Part shown: one piece after another, positions 1 through 8,985 of the stretch
Numbering within the stretch: position 1 is the first letter of the stretch
Layout of the letters: each line of letters begins with the position of its first letter
Assembly: GCA_963751455.1 (NCBI GenBank)
Contig: CAVVUN010000014.1
Coordinates: forward strand, 1 to 63,141
Length of the DNA: 63,141 bases
Direction of reading: 5' to 3'
Source: Nitrospirota bacterium
Lineage (GTDB): Bacteria; Nitrospirota; UBA9217
The notes under the pieces: generated by a model
Told to the model about the DNA's origin: nothing
Seen by the model: the letters and a program-made list of their open reading frames with translations, nothing else
Database searches by the model: none
Program-made: the position numbers and the translations under genes

Positions 1-223
1 CCTTTTTCGGCGCCCTTATAATAAGTGTTACAAGCTGGTTCCTCAATATTTTCGTCGGAAGCAACGGCAAAGTCGTGTTTATCAAAAAGGTCGGCAATAA
101 AAACGAACTACCGTGAGCTCTACCCGGTTATACTTTTTAAGAACCGACGCATAGCTCTCACCCGGCTTGTGAACAGGCATGCCGGCTGGGCAATCCTAAT
201 TTACCGCAAACTAAGGAAATAAC

Positions 224-931
224 ATGACGCACATGCATATACCTGACGGCATTCTGCCCGTCTGGCTCTGGGTGGCGGGTTTTCTCGCCATGTTTACATC
301 GCTTGGCATCAGCCTCTTCAGCCTCAAAGGCATGGACATGAAGCTGAAAATTCCTCTCCTCGGCACTCTATCAGCGGCCATGCTCGTCGCAATGAGCCTG
401 GAGATCGTTCCGCTGGCATACCATATAAATCTTTCGGTCGTTACCGGCATTCTGCTCGGCCCTTCCCTGGGTTTTATAGCGGCCTTCATCGCCAACTTCA
501 TTCTGGCCCTTATGGGTCACGGCGGCATCACTGTAATGGGCTTGAACACGCTGATTCTCGGGGCTGAAGCGGTCCTGGGCCATACTTTTTTTACAGTGCT
601 TGCAAGACATATCCGGCTTTCCTGGAGTGCTGCAGCGGCCACCGTGCTGACGCTGCTGTTGACAACCGGGCTTCTCATCGGCATCGTTGCCGTATCGAAC
701 TCAGATCCGGCGTCTTTTATGGAATTAAATGGTCACGATGACGGTGCGCATAACGGTCCGATTTCAGTAGGGAGATTCGCTGCCCTGAGCCTTGGGCTGG
801 GCGCGCTCGGTTGGATACTGGAGGCCGCGATAACGAGCGCTGTGGTGCGCTTCATAGCACAGGTAAAGCCTGACCTCCTTCGCCACGTGCTGCACGGGAC
901 GGGCCGGAACGATCAGCAGGAGGCCCCATGA
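224..931 (+). CDS. cbiM: ECF-type Co/Ni transporter substrate-binding component (CbiM/NikM family)
   Basis: MHIPDG N-terminal signature (ATG at 233; upstream ATG at 224 has the better-spaced AAGGA RBS); multiple TM helices; followed by T and A components. Confidence 0.85.
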   Translation: MTHMHIPDGILPVWLWVAGFLAMFTSLGISLFSLKGMDMKLKIPLLGTLSAAMLVAMSLEIVPLAYHINLSVVTGILLGPSLGFIAAFIANFILALMGHGGITVMGLNTLILGAEAVLGHTFFTVLARHIRLSWSAAAATVLTLLLTTGLLIGIVAVSNSDPASFMELNGHDDGAHNGPISVGRFAALSLGLGALGWILEAAITSAVVRFIAQVKPDLLRHVLHGTGRNDQQEAP

Positions 932-1635
932 TCGATGTAGCGCGGATCGACTATTGGGCAGCAAGCGGATCAGGCGCGTTTCACCGCGCCTCAGTTTCCG
1001 GTAAACTTGTCTTCGTAGCGCTTGTCGTAACAGCGGCGGTTTTGTCTCGGAGCGCGTCGGGACTCGTTGCGGGTTACCTGCTTTTGCTGCTCATTAGTGC
1101 CGTTTCGCGACTGCCTTTGCGACATATTGCGGGTCTGTCATGTTATGCGGCTATTTTTGCCGCCCTGTACGGCGTTAGTCTCCGCAGCGGGGGAATTCCC
1201 ATCTACAGTCTCCTTATTTTCAAGGCCGTTACGCCTGCCCTGGCCGTTCTTATGCTGATTGTAAGTACCCCCTATCCGCGGTTGTTTTCCCTGATCAGCG
1301 GCATCCTTCCGGAACTTCTGGGCGCGGGATTGTTCATGACATACCGGACTTTATTTATCCTTCTGGACATGATGGGCAATTTTACCGTTGCGTTACGACT
1401 GAGGGGGGCGCTTGCGCCCGGCCGGATCGGAAAGACCGTTGCCAATATTCCCCGAGGCATAGCCATGCTCCTTGTGGCCGCCGTTGAGCGGTCTTCGCGT
1501 CTTTACGCCGTCATGGCTGTGCGTGGCTATAACGGCAGCATGGCGGAGAAGGAACAGGCAAGACTTACAATTCAGGACTGGCTTCCGCTCGCGACGGGAA
1601 GTGCAGTCTTGCTGTTTGTGATTGTACTGCAATGA
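928..1635 (+). CDS. cbiQ: ECF transporter transmembrane T component (CbiQ-like)
   Basis: Hydrophobic protein with LRLRG and AVRGY coupling motifs; ATGA overlap with cbiM. Confidence 0.8.
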   Translation: MIDVARIDYWAASGSGAFHRASVSGKLVFVALVVTAAVLSRSASGLVAGYLLLLLISAVSRLPLRHIAGLSCYAAIFAALYGVSLRSGGIPIYSLLIFKAVTPALAVLMLIVSTPYPRLFSLISGILPELLGAGLFMTYRTLFILLDMMGNFTVALRLRGALAPGRIGKTVANIPRGIAMLLVAAVERSSRLYAVMAVRGYNGSMAEKEQARLTIQDWLPLATGSAVLLFVIVLQ

Positions 1636-1657
1636 AACTCCGGCTGAAAAGAGGCGT

Positions 1658-2494
1658 ATGGAAACGATCATTAACGTAAGCTGCCTCAAGCACATCTACC
1701 CTGACACTACAGAGATTCACATCTGCGGTCTGGACTTCGTGGTCAACCGCGGGGAGCGCATTGCAGTTCTTGGTGGAAACGGCTCCGGCAAGACCACGCT
1801 CATTTACCATATCGTCGGGCTGCTTAAGCCGGACGAAGGACAGGTTACCGTGTTCGGTGTCAATCCGGGAAAGCAGTACGGGGAGATTCGCCACCGCATT
1901 GGTGTGCTTCTGCAGAATGTGGAGGAGCAGATATTGTCGCCGACAGTCTGGGAAGATATTGCGTTTACTCCCCGCAATTACGGCTATAGCAGGACGGAAC
2001 TGGCACAGATGGTCGAGCAGGTAATGAAGGAGCTAGGCATCGCTCATCTTCGCGACAAGATTTGCCATTACCTCTCAGGCGGTGAGAAGCGAAAGGTGGC
2101 GCTCGCAGGAGCGCTCGTGATGCGCCCTGAACTGCTCATTCTGGATGAGCCTTTTGAGGGCCTCGATACGAAATCGCGGCCTGAGCTGCTTGCAATTCTG
2201 AACCGGCGGAATGCCGAGGGAATGACAATCATTATGTCGACGCACGATCTAAACCTCGTTGCTGCCTTTGCGGACCGCGTGTATGTGCTCTCGAAGGGGC
2301 AGGGTGTCGTTATGGCGGGTACGCCGAACGAGATCTTCGAAAACGGAGCTGCTCTCAAGGCCGCAAACATTGATCCGCCACTTCTGACTGAGCTTTTTCT
2401 GAAGCTCAAGGAACGCGGTGTAGCAATACCTGTTCCGACCAGCGTGGATCATGCAGTGGATGACCTGATAAACCTGATTAACAGGACTGAATAG
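1658..2494 (+). CDS. cbiO: ECF transporter ATPase (CbiO-like)
   Basis: Walker A GGNGSGKT, signature LSGGEK, Walker B LILDEP; ATG at 1658 after GAGG. Confidence 0.88.
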   Translation: METIINVSCLKHIYPDTTEIHICGLDFVVNRGERIAVLGGNGSGKTTLIYHIVGLLKPDEGQVTVFGVNPGKQYGEIRHRIGVLLQNVEEQILSPTVWEDIAFTPRNYGYSRTELAQMVEQVMKELGIAHLRDKICHYLSGGEKRKVALAGALVMRPELLILDEPFEGLDTKSRPELLAILNRRNAEGMTIIMSTHDLNLVAAFADRVYVLSKGQGVVMAGTPNEIFENGAALKAANIDPPLLTELFLKLKERGVAIPVPTSVDHAVDDLINLINRTE

Positions 2495-2601
2495 ATATAG
2501 CCCGCCGCTCGGGCACATGCCGGCAGCAGACCTGAGAAGTTACGTTGTGTCTCAATTGTGAGTTGATTCATGAAGAGCCCCAACGAGAAGGAGTGAGCAG
2601 C

Positions 2602-3849
2602 ATGCAGAACAACAGTTTAGAACACAGGAAAAGTTTACTGATATCCGTCATCGCGCTTGTTCTCGCGGGCGCGGTCCTCTGCGGAACTGTCGCGGGTTAT
2701 TATTTCGGACGCGGAAACCCGGCGATACTGTCGGTGTCCATTACTCTCCTGATTGCGATTCCGTTTATTGCTTACATTCTTTACCGGCAGTTGGTCTTTC
2801 CGTATTACCGCCGCCTGGAGGACGCCAATTTGGAACTCCATCTGAAACAGGAAGAATTGCTGGATATCAAAGACGACCTGTTTATAAAATTCCTCGGCGT
2901 TTACGATGTGAACTATGCTGCTAATTCCCCTCGCCTGTTCAATAACAGAATGAAGGAAGTTTGCGACATTACAGCCAGGGTCATGGATGCAGATGTCTGT
3001 TTGATCTTTCTTTATGATAAAAAAAAGGATGAGCTTCTGCTGGAGGCTACTAATAAGGACCATGGGCCGGATATTCGCGCCGTGAAAATCCCGCTCGGAG
3101 AAGGAATCGAAGGATGGGTGGCCAGAAGACTCGAACCGATCATGCTCAAAGATATGCCTGCAGATTCGCGCTTCAAGGACAGGCCGGAACTCGCCCTGAG
3201 CCGTTATGCCTCCATTTATTGCCTGCCGCTTTTCGTTTATTCAAGCGGTGCGCTTGTCGGTGTTATGGAAGTGCTGTACATGAAGGCGAGACGCTTCACC
3301 GACGAAGAGATAAATTTTTTTACAACGCTCTCGGGTATCATTTCGACTACCGTCCAGAACGAACAATTGCAGGTTGAACTGAACAAAATGAACGTGGAGC
3401 TCGAACAGTGGATCGCGGAGAAAACCGAAGAGCTCCGCGCATCCGAAGAGCGGTACCGGACGCTGGTGGAAAATGCCTGCGAGTCTATTTTCGTGCTTGG
3501 CGAGAACGGAGACATTCTGTTTGCCAACGAACGGGCGGCGCACCTTACTGGCTACCCGAAATACGAACTCCTTCATAAGAATTTTTTTGAGCTCTTCATC
3601 GATCCTGAAGAACCTCGCAGAATTCTATCCGAAATCGCCCAGGGAAGACAGGCATTGCGCCACGGTGATCTTCGCCAAAGCGGCGAAGCGGTGGTTCCGG
3701 TCGAAGTAAGTGCGGTAGGGCTGTCGCTTATGGGAAAGCATTTTATCCAGACGGTTGTCCGTGACATGTCCAACCGCGCCCGGCTTGAAGAGCTTCTTCA
3801 GGAAAAAGACAGGGAAATAGCGCTGCTGAAGTCGGGTGCAGGACGCTAG
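2602..3849 (+). CDS. Membrane-anchored GAF + PAS sensor protein with no recognisable output domain
   Basis: Two N-terminal TM helices, GAF (GEGIEGWVA...FTDEEINFF), coiled coil, SEERYRTLVE-PAS ending VVRDMS; RBS AAGGAG upstream of 2602. Confidence 0.75.
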   Translation: MQNNSLEHRKSLLISVIALVLAGAVLCGTVAGYYFGRGNPAILSVSITLLIAIPFIAYILYRQLVFPYYRRLEDANLELHLKQEELLDIKDDLFIKFLGVYDVNYAANSPRLFNNRMKEVCDITARVMDADVCLIFLYDKKKDELLLEATNKDHGPDIRAVKIPLGEGIEGWVARRLEPIMLKDMPADSRFKDRPELALSRYASIYCLPLFVYSSGALVGVMEVLYMKARRFTDEEINFFTTLSGIISTTVQNEQLQVELNKMNVELEQWIAEKTEELRASEERYRTLVENACESIFVLGENGDILFANERAAHLTGYPKYELLHKNFFELFIDPEEPRRILSEIAQGRQALRHGDLRQSGEAVVPVEVSAVGLSLMGKHFIQTVVRDMSNRARLEELLQEKDREIALLKSGAGR

Positions 3850-3939
3850 ACGTTTTTTTTATCAAAAAACGCGCTGAAGACCACGGGCGTAAGCCCGTGG
3901 ATGAAAGCGTACCAGCCGTAGGCTGGTAATGTTTTAATG

Positions 3940-3954
3940 TGATACAATGGCGGC
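3940..3954 (+). promoter_or_regulatory. Extended -10 promoter (TGnTACAAT), probably producing leaderless tnpA mRNA
   Basis: TGA-TACAAT at 3940-3948, 6 nt before ATG 3955, no RBS. Confidence 0.5.
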
Positions 3955-4380
3955 ATGGAAATTAGACATAGTGCTCATGGTGCCTATCATCACCAGTATC
4001 ACATAGTATGGATTCCCAAATATCGGAAACGGATTTTAAAAGGGGAGTTAAAGCAGTTTGTAGAGAAGCGATTGCACGATATTGATACGTATCATCCGGA
4101 AGTAGAAATTGAGCGGTACAGCATTCAGGAGGATCATGTATATCTGATAATCATCATTCCGCCAAAATATGCAGTGTCGGCGATCGTCGGAAAGATCAAG
4201 GCAAATACGAGTAGGGAAATAAGAAAACATTTCGATTGGATCAAGAGAGTATATTGGAGAAATGAGTTTTGGTCCCCTGGGTTCTTTTCTTCAACGGTAG
4301 GAATAAACGAAGAGGTAATCAAGAGGTACGTGGAGTTTCAAGAAAAGGTTGATAAAGGGCAGTTGAAGTTTGGGTTTTAA
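3955..4380 (+). CDS. tnpA: IS200-type Y1 (HUH) transposase, HUH motif altered
   Basis: YHIVWIPKYR, FWSPGFF, catalytic YxxxQ (YVEFQ); DHVYL instead of DHVHL. Confidence 0.9.
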   Translation: MEIRHSAHGAYHHQYHIVWIPKYRKRILKGELKQFVEKRLHDIDTYHPEVEIERYSIQEDHVYLIIIIPPKYAVSAIVGKIKANTSREIRKHFDWIKRVYWRNEFWSPGFFSSTVGINEEVIKRYVEFQEKVDKGQLKFGF

Positions 4381-4444
4381 AAATAAGTGCCACGGGCGTA
4401 AGCCCGTGGGTATCTACTACGAACTGTTCCTCGGGATTTTAACC

Positions 4445-4473
4445 TTTACATATCTCCGGCCTTATGGTATAAA
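4445..4473 (+). promoter_or_regulatory. Sigma70-type promoter for the lptC operon
   Basis: TTTACA-17 bp-TATAAA with TG extension. Confidence 0.5.
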
Positions 4474-4519
4474 ATATGCATAAGACTGTATGTTCAGCCA
4501 CGAAAGCAGTGTATTCATC

Positions 4520-5086
4520 ATGAAAGTGAACCGGAAAGTTCTGACAGCGCTCTCCGCACTCCTCATCATCACCTCGGTTCTTTACGGCGTTTACCGCATC
4601 CTCCGCGGAACCGACATGACTGTCCCATCCCTGCTTAAACCGTCCCCCGGGGTGCGGCTGGTTATGAGCATGGAAGGTTTCCGGTTCAGCCAGTCCGAGA
4701 ACGGCAGGACCTTATGGAGAATGCGTGCACTGAATGCAGAGCTGTACGAAAATAAACAAGCACAATTGAAAGATCTCGAGATCACGTATTTTTCCCCTGA
4801 CAGGAAAGAAGCTGCCTTGCTCGGCGAAACAGGCAATATGGATACCGTAACCGGCGACGCATCCATTCTCAGCGGGACGCGGGAAGTGAGGATCGTTACC
4901 AGTGACGGGTATCTGCTGACCACGAATTCTCTATTCTGGAAGGCGGGGGAACGTTTGGTGCGGTCTCCCGATTTATTCAAGCTGCTCGGCAGCGAGATTT
5001 ATCTCGAAGGCAAGGGAGTTTCGGCGAATCTCGACGTCCGCACGATCGAGGTGAACAGCAATGTCAAAGCGGTACTTCAGGAATAG
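4520..5086 (+). CDS. lptC: LPS export periplasmic protein LptC
   Basis: Single N-terminal TM helix, beta-rich body, directly upstream of lptA-lptB. Confidence 0.75.
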   Translation: MKVNRKVLTALSALLIITSVLYGVYRILRGTDMTVPSLLKPSPGVRLVMSMEGFRFSQSENGRTLWRMRALNAELYENKQAQLKDLEITYFSPDRKEAALLGETGNMDTVTGDASILSGTREVRIVTSDGYLLTTNSLFWKAGERLVRSPDLFKLLGSEIYLEGKGVSANLDVRTIEVNSNVKAVLQE

Positions 5087-5564
5087 TCTGTTCATTCTCG
5101 CTTCGCTGTGCCTGCTTGGTACAGCAGAGGGACGAAACGACAGCCAGGGCAAGGAAAAACGCGAACCGATTGTAATAACTTCGAACCGCATGGAAGCCGA
5201 CAGGCTCGGCAGTAAAGTAACATTTACCGGCGATGTCACCCTCAAAAAAGAAGGGATGACGCTTTATTCTGACCAGATGGTTGTATTTTACGACGTTCCT
5301 ACAAAAGGGATCAGGGAAATAGAAGCTATCGGCAACGTGGTCGTTCGCAAGGAAGGAAGGGTCGCGCTTTCAAATCGGGCATCATATTTCAGCAAAGAGG
5401 AAAAGATTGTTCTGACCGGAGATGCCCGCATCATCGAAAACGAGAACCAGCTCGGAGGTGAGCGCATCACTTTATTCATGCGCGATGATCGGAGCATAGT
5501 TGAAGGCGGAAAGGTCATGTTTTACCAGGACAAGGACCAGCCGGAAGGAAGAAAGAGAAAGTAA
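5061..5564 (+). CDS. lptA: LPS transport periplasmic protein LptA
   Basis: Signal peptide; [27 protein letters not shown] OstA-like motifs. Confidence 0.88.
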   Translation: MSKRYFRNSLFILASLCLLGTAEGRNDSQGKEKREPIVITSNRMEADRLGSKVTFTGDVTLKKEGMTLYSDQMVVFYDVPTKGIREIEAIGNVVVRKEGRVALSNRASYFSKEEKIVLTGDARIIENENQLGGERITLFMRDDRSIVEGGKVMFYQDKDQPEGRKRK

Positions 5565-5575
5565 TCAATAACGCT

Positions 5576-6301
5576 ATGACGCAGGCGCTTGAAGCGAAAA
5601 AACTGGAGAAAAGCTATCGCGGCAGAAAAATCGTGCGAGGCGTCAGCGTCCAGGTAAGATACGGGGAAGTAGTTGGACTGCTTGGGCCCAATGGAGCGGG
5701 GAAGACGACGACTTTTTACATGGTAGTGGGCCTGGTCAAGCCGGACCAGGGAAGGGTGGTTCTGGACGGAGCGGACATTACCGGTATGCCCATGTATCAA
5801 CGGGCAAGAAACGGCATCGGCTATCTGCCCCAGGAGCCTTCGGTCTTCAGAAAATTAAGCGTTGCCGATAATCTCATGGCCATTCTCGAAACCATGAATC
5901 TCTCCTCGATAGAACGCACGGAGCGGCAGGAAAGCCTCATGCAGGAACTCGGGATCCGGCATCTTGCGGAGAACAAGGCATACACGCTGTCCGGAGGAGA
6001 ACGCCGCAGACTCGAGATAGCCAGAGCGCTTACCCTTTCACCGAAGTTCATTCTTCTCGACGAACCGTTTGCAGGCATCGATCCGCTTGCCGTTCAGGAC
6101 ATTCAGGGCATCATATCACTTCTGAAAAGCAAGGGCATCGGCATACTTATCACAGATCACAACGTACGTGAAACGCTTGCGATTACCGATCGGGCATATA
6201 TCATCAATGAGGGGAAAATCATCGAAGCCGGCACGCCGTCTGAAATTACGGCAAGTCCCCGGGTCAGGGAATTTTATCTTGGTGAAGGATTTCGGTTATA
6301 A
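5576..6301 (+). CDS. lptB: LPS export ABC ATPase LptB
   Basis: [45 protein letters not shown]. Confidence 0.96.
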   Translation: MTQALEAKKLEKSYRGRKIVRGVSVQVRYGEVVGLLGPNGAGKTTTFYMVVGLVKPDQGRVVLDGADITGMPMYQRARNGIGYLPQEPSVFRKLSVADNLMAILETMNLSSIERTERQESLMQELGIRHLAENKAYTLSGGERRRLEIARALTLSPKFILLDEPFAGIDPLAVQDIQGIISLLKSKGIGILITDHNVRETLAITDRAYIINEGKIIEAGTPSEITASPRVREFYLGEGFRL

Positions 6302-6361
6302 TATAGGCTAACAGCCTGCGGAATGAAAAAGATCCGGCGAGGGAAAGAATACTAAGACGAT

Positions 6362-7819
6362 ATGGAAGCGCGCCTTGAACTGAAACTTTCGCAAAAGCTC
6401 ATTATGACGCCGCAGCTTCAGCAGGCCATCAAGCTGCTGCAACTGTCCCGGCTCGAGCTCGCTCAGTCGGTAGAGCTGGAGCTTACCGAGAATCCCGTAC
6501 TTGAGGAATTGGCTGACGAGGCACCGGACGGGGAGCTTGAGGCCTCGGAGTTGCCGCCGGCCGAGAACCCGCCGGAGAGCCTGCCAGAGAAAGAAGGCGC
6601 CGAACTGAAGAGCGACCTTGAACTCGGTCCGCAATGGGATGACTATCTTAATGAAATGGGGGACGGCCGCGATTACGGGTATTCCGAAGCGGATGACAAG
6701 GAGATGCCTTCCTACGATCAAACGCTGACGCGTCTCCCGTCTCTCAGTGATCACCTGGTGTGGCAACTCCATCTATCCACATCCAAAACGGGTGTCGTAA
6801 AGGGCGGAGAATGGATAATCGGGAATCTCGATGACGACGGCTATCTCCGGGCCTCTCTTGAGGAACTGAGCCAGCAAGCCGACATTCCGTTGTCCGACAT
6901 GGAGTGCGCTCTCAGGCTTATCCAGTCATTCGATCCATCCGGGGTAGCGGCCCGCGATCTTCAGGAATGCTTGATGATCCAGGTAAAACATCTGGATCTG
7001 GGAGGGTCCCTGGTAGAGAGGATCGTTCAGGGCCATCTGCCCGACCTTGAGAAGCGGAAATACGCACAGATCGCGAAGACTCTTGCCGTCACTCCCCAGG
7101 AAGTGATGGAAGCTTCACAAATAATTATTCACGAACTTGAGCCCAAACCGGGGCGCCCCTATCTGACCTCGGACACCAATTATGTAGTGCCCGATGTATA
7201 TGTCATCAAGGTGGATGACCGCTATATCATACAGCTTAACGACGAGGGACTTCCCCGTGTCCGGATTAACCCGTATTACCGCAAGTTGTTAAACCGGAAA
7301 GATACTGTTGATAAAGTAACGAAGGAGTACATCGAAGAGCGGCTCCGGTCCGCACAGTGGCTGATGAAGGGCATGGAGCAACGGAGCAAAACGATTTATA
7401 AAGTGGCCGAAAGCATCGTAAAGTTCCAACGTGAATTTCTTGATCACGGCCTCACTCAGCTCAAACCGATGGTGCTCAAGGATGTTGCCGAGGACATACG
7501 GATGCACGAATCGACCATCAGCCGTGTAACGACAAACAAATATATTCACACGCCGCAGGGTATTTTTTCCATGAAGTATTTCTTTACAACAGGGTTCTCG
7601 GTGGCCGCGGGAGCAGCCGGCACCGAGGTCTCTTCGTTGACGGTCAAGGATGTCATCAACAAGATGATAAAGGAAGAAGACACGGCAACGCCGCTCAAGG
7701 ACCAGCAGATTGTGGACGCGCTCAAGGCAAAAGGGATCGACATCGCGAGAAGGACTGTTGCGAAATATCGTGAAGAACTGAGGATACCGCCGACCAGCGT
7801 GCGGAGAAGGCTGGGATAA
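6362..7819 (+). CDS. rpoN: RNA polymerase sigma-54 factor
   Basis: PQLQQAIKLLQL region I, HESTISR, RpoN box ARRTVAKYRE. Confidence 0.97.
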   Translation: MEARLELKLSQKLIMTPQLQQAIKLLQLSRLELAQSVELELTENPVLEELADEAPDGELEASELPPAENPPESLPEKEGAELKSDLELGPQWDDYLNEMGDGRDYGYSEADDKEMPSYDQTLTRLPSLSDHLVWQLHLSTSKTGVVKGGEWIIGNLDDDGYLRASLEELSQQADIPLSDMECALRLIQSFDPSGVAARDLQECLMIQVKHLDLGGSLVERIVQGHLPDLEKRKYAQIAKTLAVTPQEVMEASQIIIHELEPKPGRPYLTSDTNYVVPDVYVIKVDDRYIIQLNDEGLPRVRINPYYRKLLNRKDTVDKVTKEYIEERLRSAQWLMKGMEQRSKTIYKVAESIVKFQREFLDHGLTQLKPMVLKDVAEDIRMHESTISRVTTNKYIHTPQGIFSMKYFFTTGFSVAAGAAGTEVSSLTVKDVINKMIKEEDTATPLKDQQIVDALKAKGIDIARRTVAKYREELRIPPTSVRRRLG

Positions 7820-7821
7820 AG

Positions 7822-7950
7822 CAAACACCAAATAGCAAGTCCAAAATTACAAGTAAGCTCCAAACCCAACATCAAAGTCCCAAACGTTTGTTCATTGATT
7901 ATTTGAATTTGGTATTTATTCTGCATTTTTAGATTTAAAATTTGTTTTTT
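7822..7950. repeat. Degenerate 7-bp periodic palindromic tract
   Basis: CAAA-heptads (CAAACAC CAAATAG CAAGTCC...) then TTTG-heptads, centred on CAAACGTTTG at 7881-7890. Confidence 0.65.
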
Positions 7951-7967
7951 CAACCAAGGAGGTCATT

Positions 7968-8498
7968 ATGCAAGTAACGGTGATCGGCAGGCACATTGAA
8001 ATTACGGACTCTCTCAAGCTGTATGCAACGGAAAAAATCAGCAGAGTGGAAAAGTATCTTCCGAAGACCGTTCAGGCGGTAATCACGCTTTCAGTCGTTA
8101 AAAAAGTCCACCATATAGCAGAGGCTGTCATCAAATCCAACGGTCTGCTGATCCAGGCATCCGAAGAAACTGAAGAGATGTATTCGGCAATCGACTTGCT
8201 CATCGAAAAGATAGACCGGCGGGTGAGACGTTACAAGGAAAAACTGGTCGATCATAAACACCAGACCGGCAGGTCTGAAACATCACCCGCGACGCCCGGT
8301 TCGCCGGAGGACCGAATTCCCCAGATCATAAGGACCAAGCGTTTTGATCTGAAGCCGATGCTGCCCGAAGAAGCAGTCATGCAGATGGAACTTCTGGATA
8401 AGGATTTCTTCATCTTCTCAAATGTCGGCAGCGGACTCGTAAATGTGATTTACAAGAGGAAAGATGGAAATGTAGGATTGATCGAGCCGGCGGTATGA
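7968..8498 (+). CDS. hpf: Ribosome hibernation promoting factor, long form
   Basis: MYSAIDLLIEKIDRRVRRYKEK plus C-terminal KPM..EEAVMQM...NVIYKRKDG domain. Confidence 0.93.
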   Translation: MQVTVIGRHIEITDSLKLYATEKISRVEKYLPKTVQAVITLSVVKKVHHIAEAVIKSNGLLIQASEETEEMYSAIDLLIEKIDRRVRRYKEKLVDHKHQTGRSETSPATPGSPEDRIPQIIRTKRFDLKPMLPEEAVMQMELLDKDFFIFSNVGSGLVNVIYKRKDGNVGLIEPAV

Positions 8499-8511
8499 GG
8501 GATGGGGCGAG

Positions 8512-8985
8512 ATGGCGAAGATTAAGGACCTGTTGCAGGACGATTTGGTCATCGAAGAGATCAAGGCCGTCGATAAAGTGGGGGTAATCCGGGAGTTCGC
8601 AGCTCATCTGAAGCAAGCCGGCAAAATAACCGATGAAGAGGAACTCGTCAAGGTACTGGTGGAGCGGGAATCGCTCGGCAGTACCGGGATTGGAGACGGT
8701 ATAGCCATACCACACGGAAAACTGAATCATATCTCGGGCATGATCGTGGCTTTCGGCAGGTCAAGCAAGGGAGTGGATTTTCATTCGCTCGACCGGAAAC
8801 CGGCGCATCTCTTTTTTCTGCTGGTGACGCCCGCCCGACAGCCGGGAGACCACCTCAGGACGCTTGGCCGCATTTCCCGCATCCTTAAAAACCCTGTTTT
8901 TCGGGATAATCTGATGAAAGCCGTCCATCGTCAGGACCTCCAGCGGCTGATCAGCGAAGAAGACGGCAACTATCCGCAAAAATGA
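8512..8985 (+). CDS. ptsN: PTS EIIA(Ntr)-like protein
   Basis: RESLGSTGIGDGIAIPHG with phospho-His; rpoN operon context. Confidence 0.9.
   Translation: MAKIKDLLQDDLVIEEIKAVDKVGVIREFAAHLKQAGKITDEEELVKVLVERESLGSTGIGDGIAIPHGKLNHISGMIVAFGRSSKGVDFHSLDRKPAHLFFLLVTPARQPGDHLRTLGRISRILKNPVFRDNLMKAVHRQDLQRLISEEDGNYPQK

Larger units (their letters stand above)
3881..4409 (+). mobile_element. IS200/IS605-family element (tnpA only)
   Basis: Identical 20-nt hairpins CCACGGGC-GTAA-GCCCGTGG at 3881-3900 and 4390-4409 flank a Y1 transposase gene; AT-richer than neighbours; exact cleavage ends not determined. Confidence 0.88.

Noticed and set aside
1-223. Cobalamin or NiCo riboswitch, or NikR box, upstream of cbiM
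   Set aside because: No B12-box or clear multi-stem consensus seen; GTGTTAC at 25-31 has no matching second half-site
3955-4380. TnpA as the mobiliser (RAYT-like) of the intergenic hairpins
   Set aside because: Its own end hairpins share no sequence with the other families and it looks like a plain IS200 TnpA
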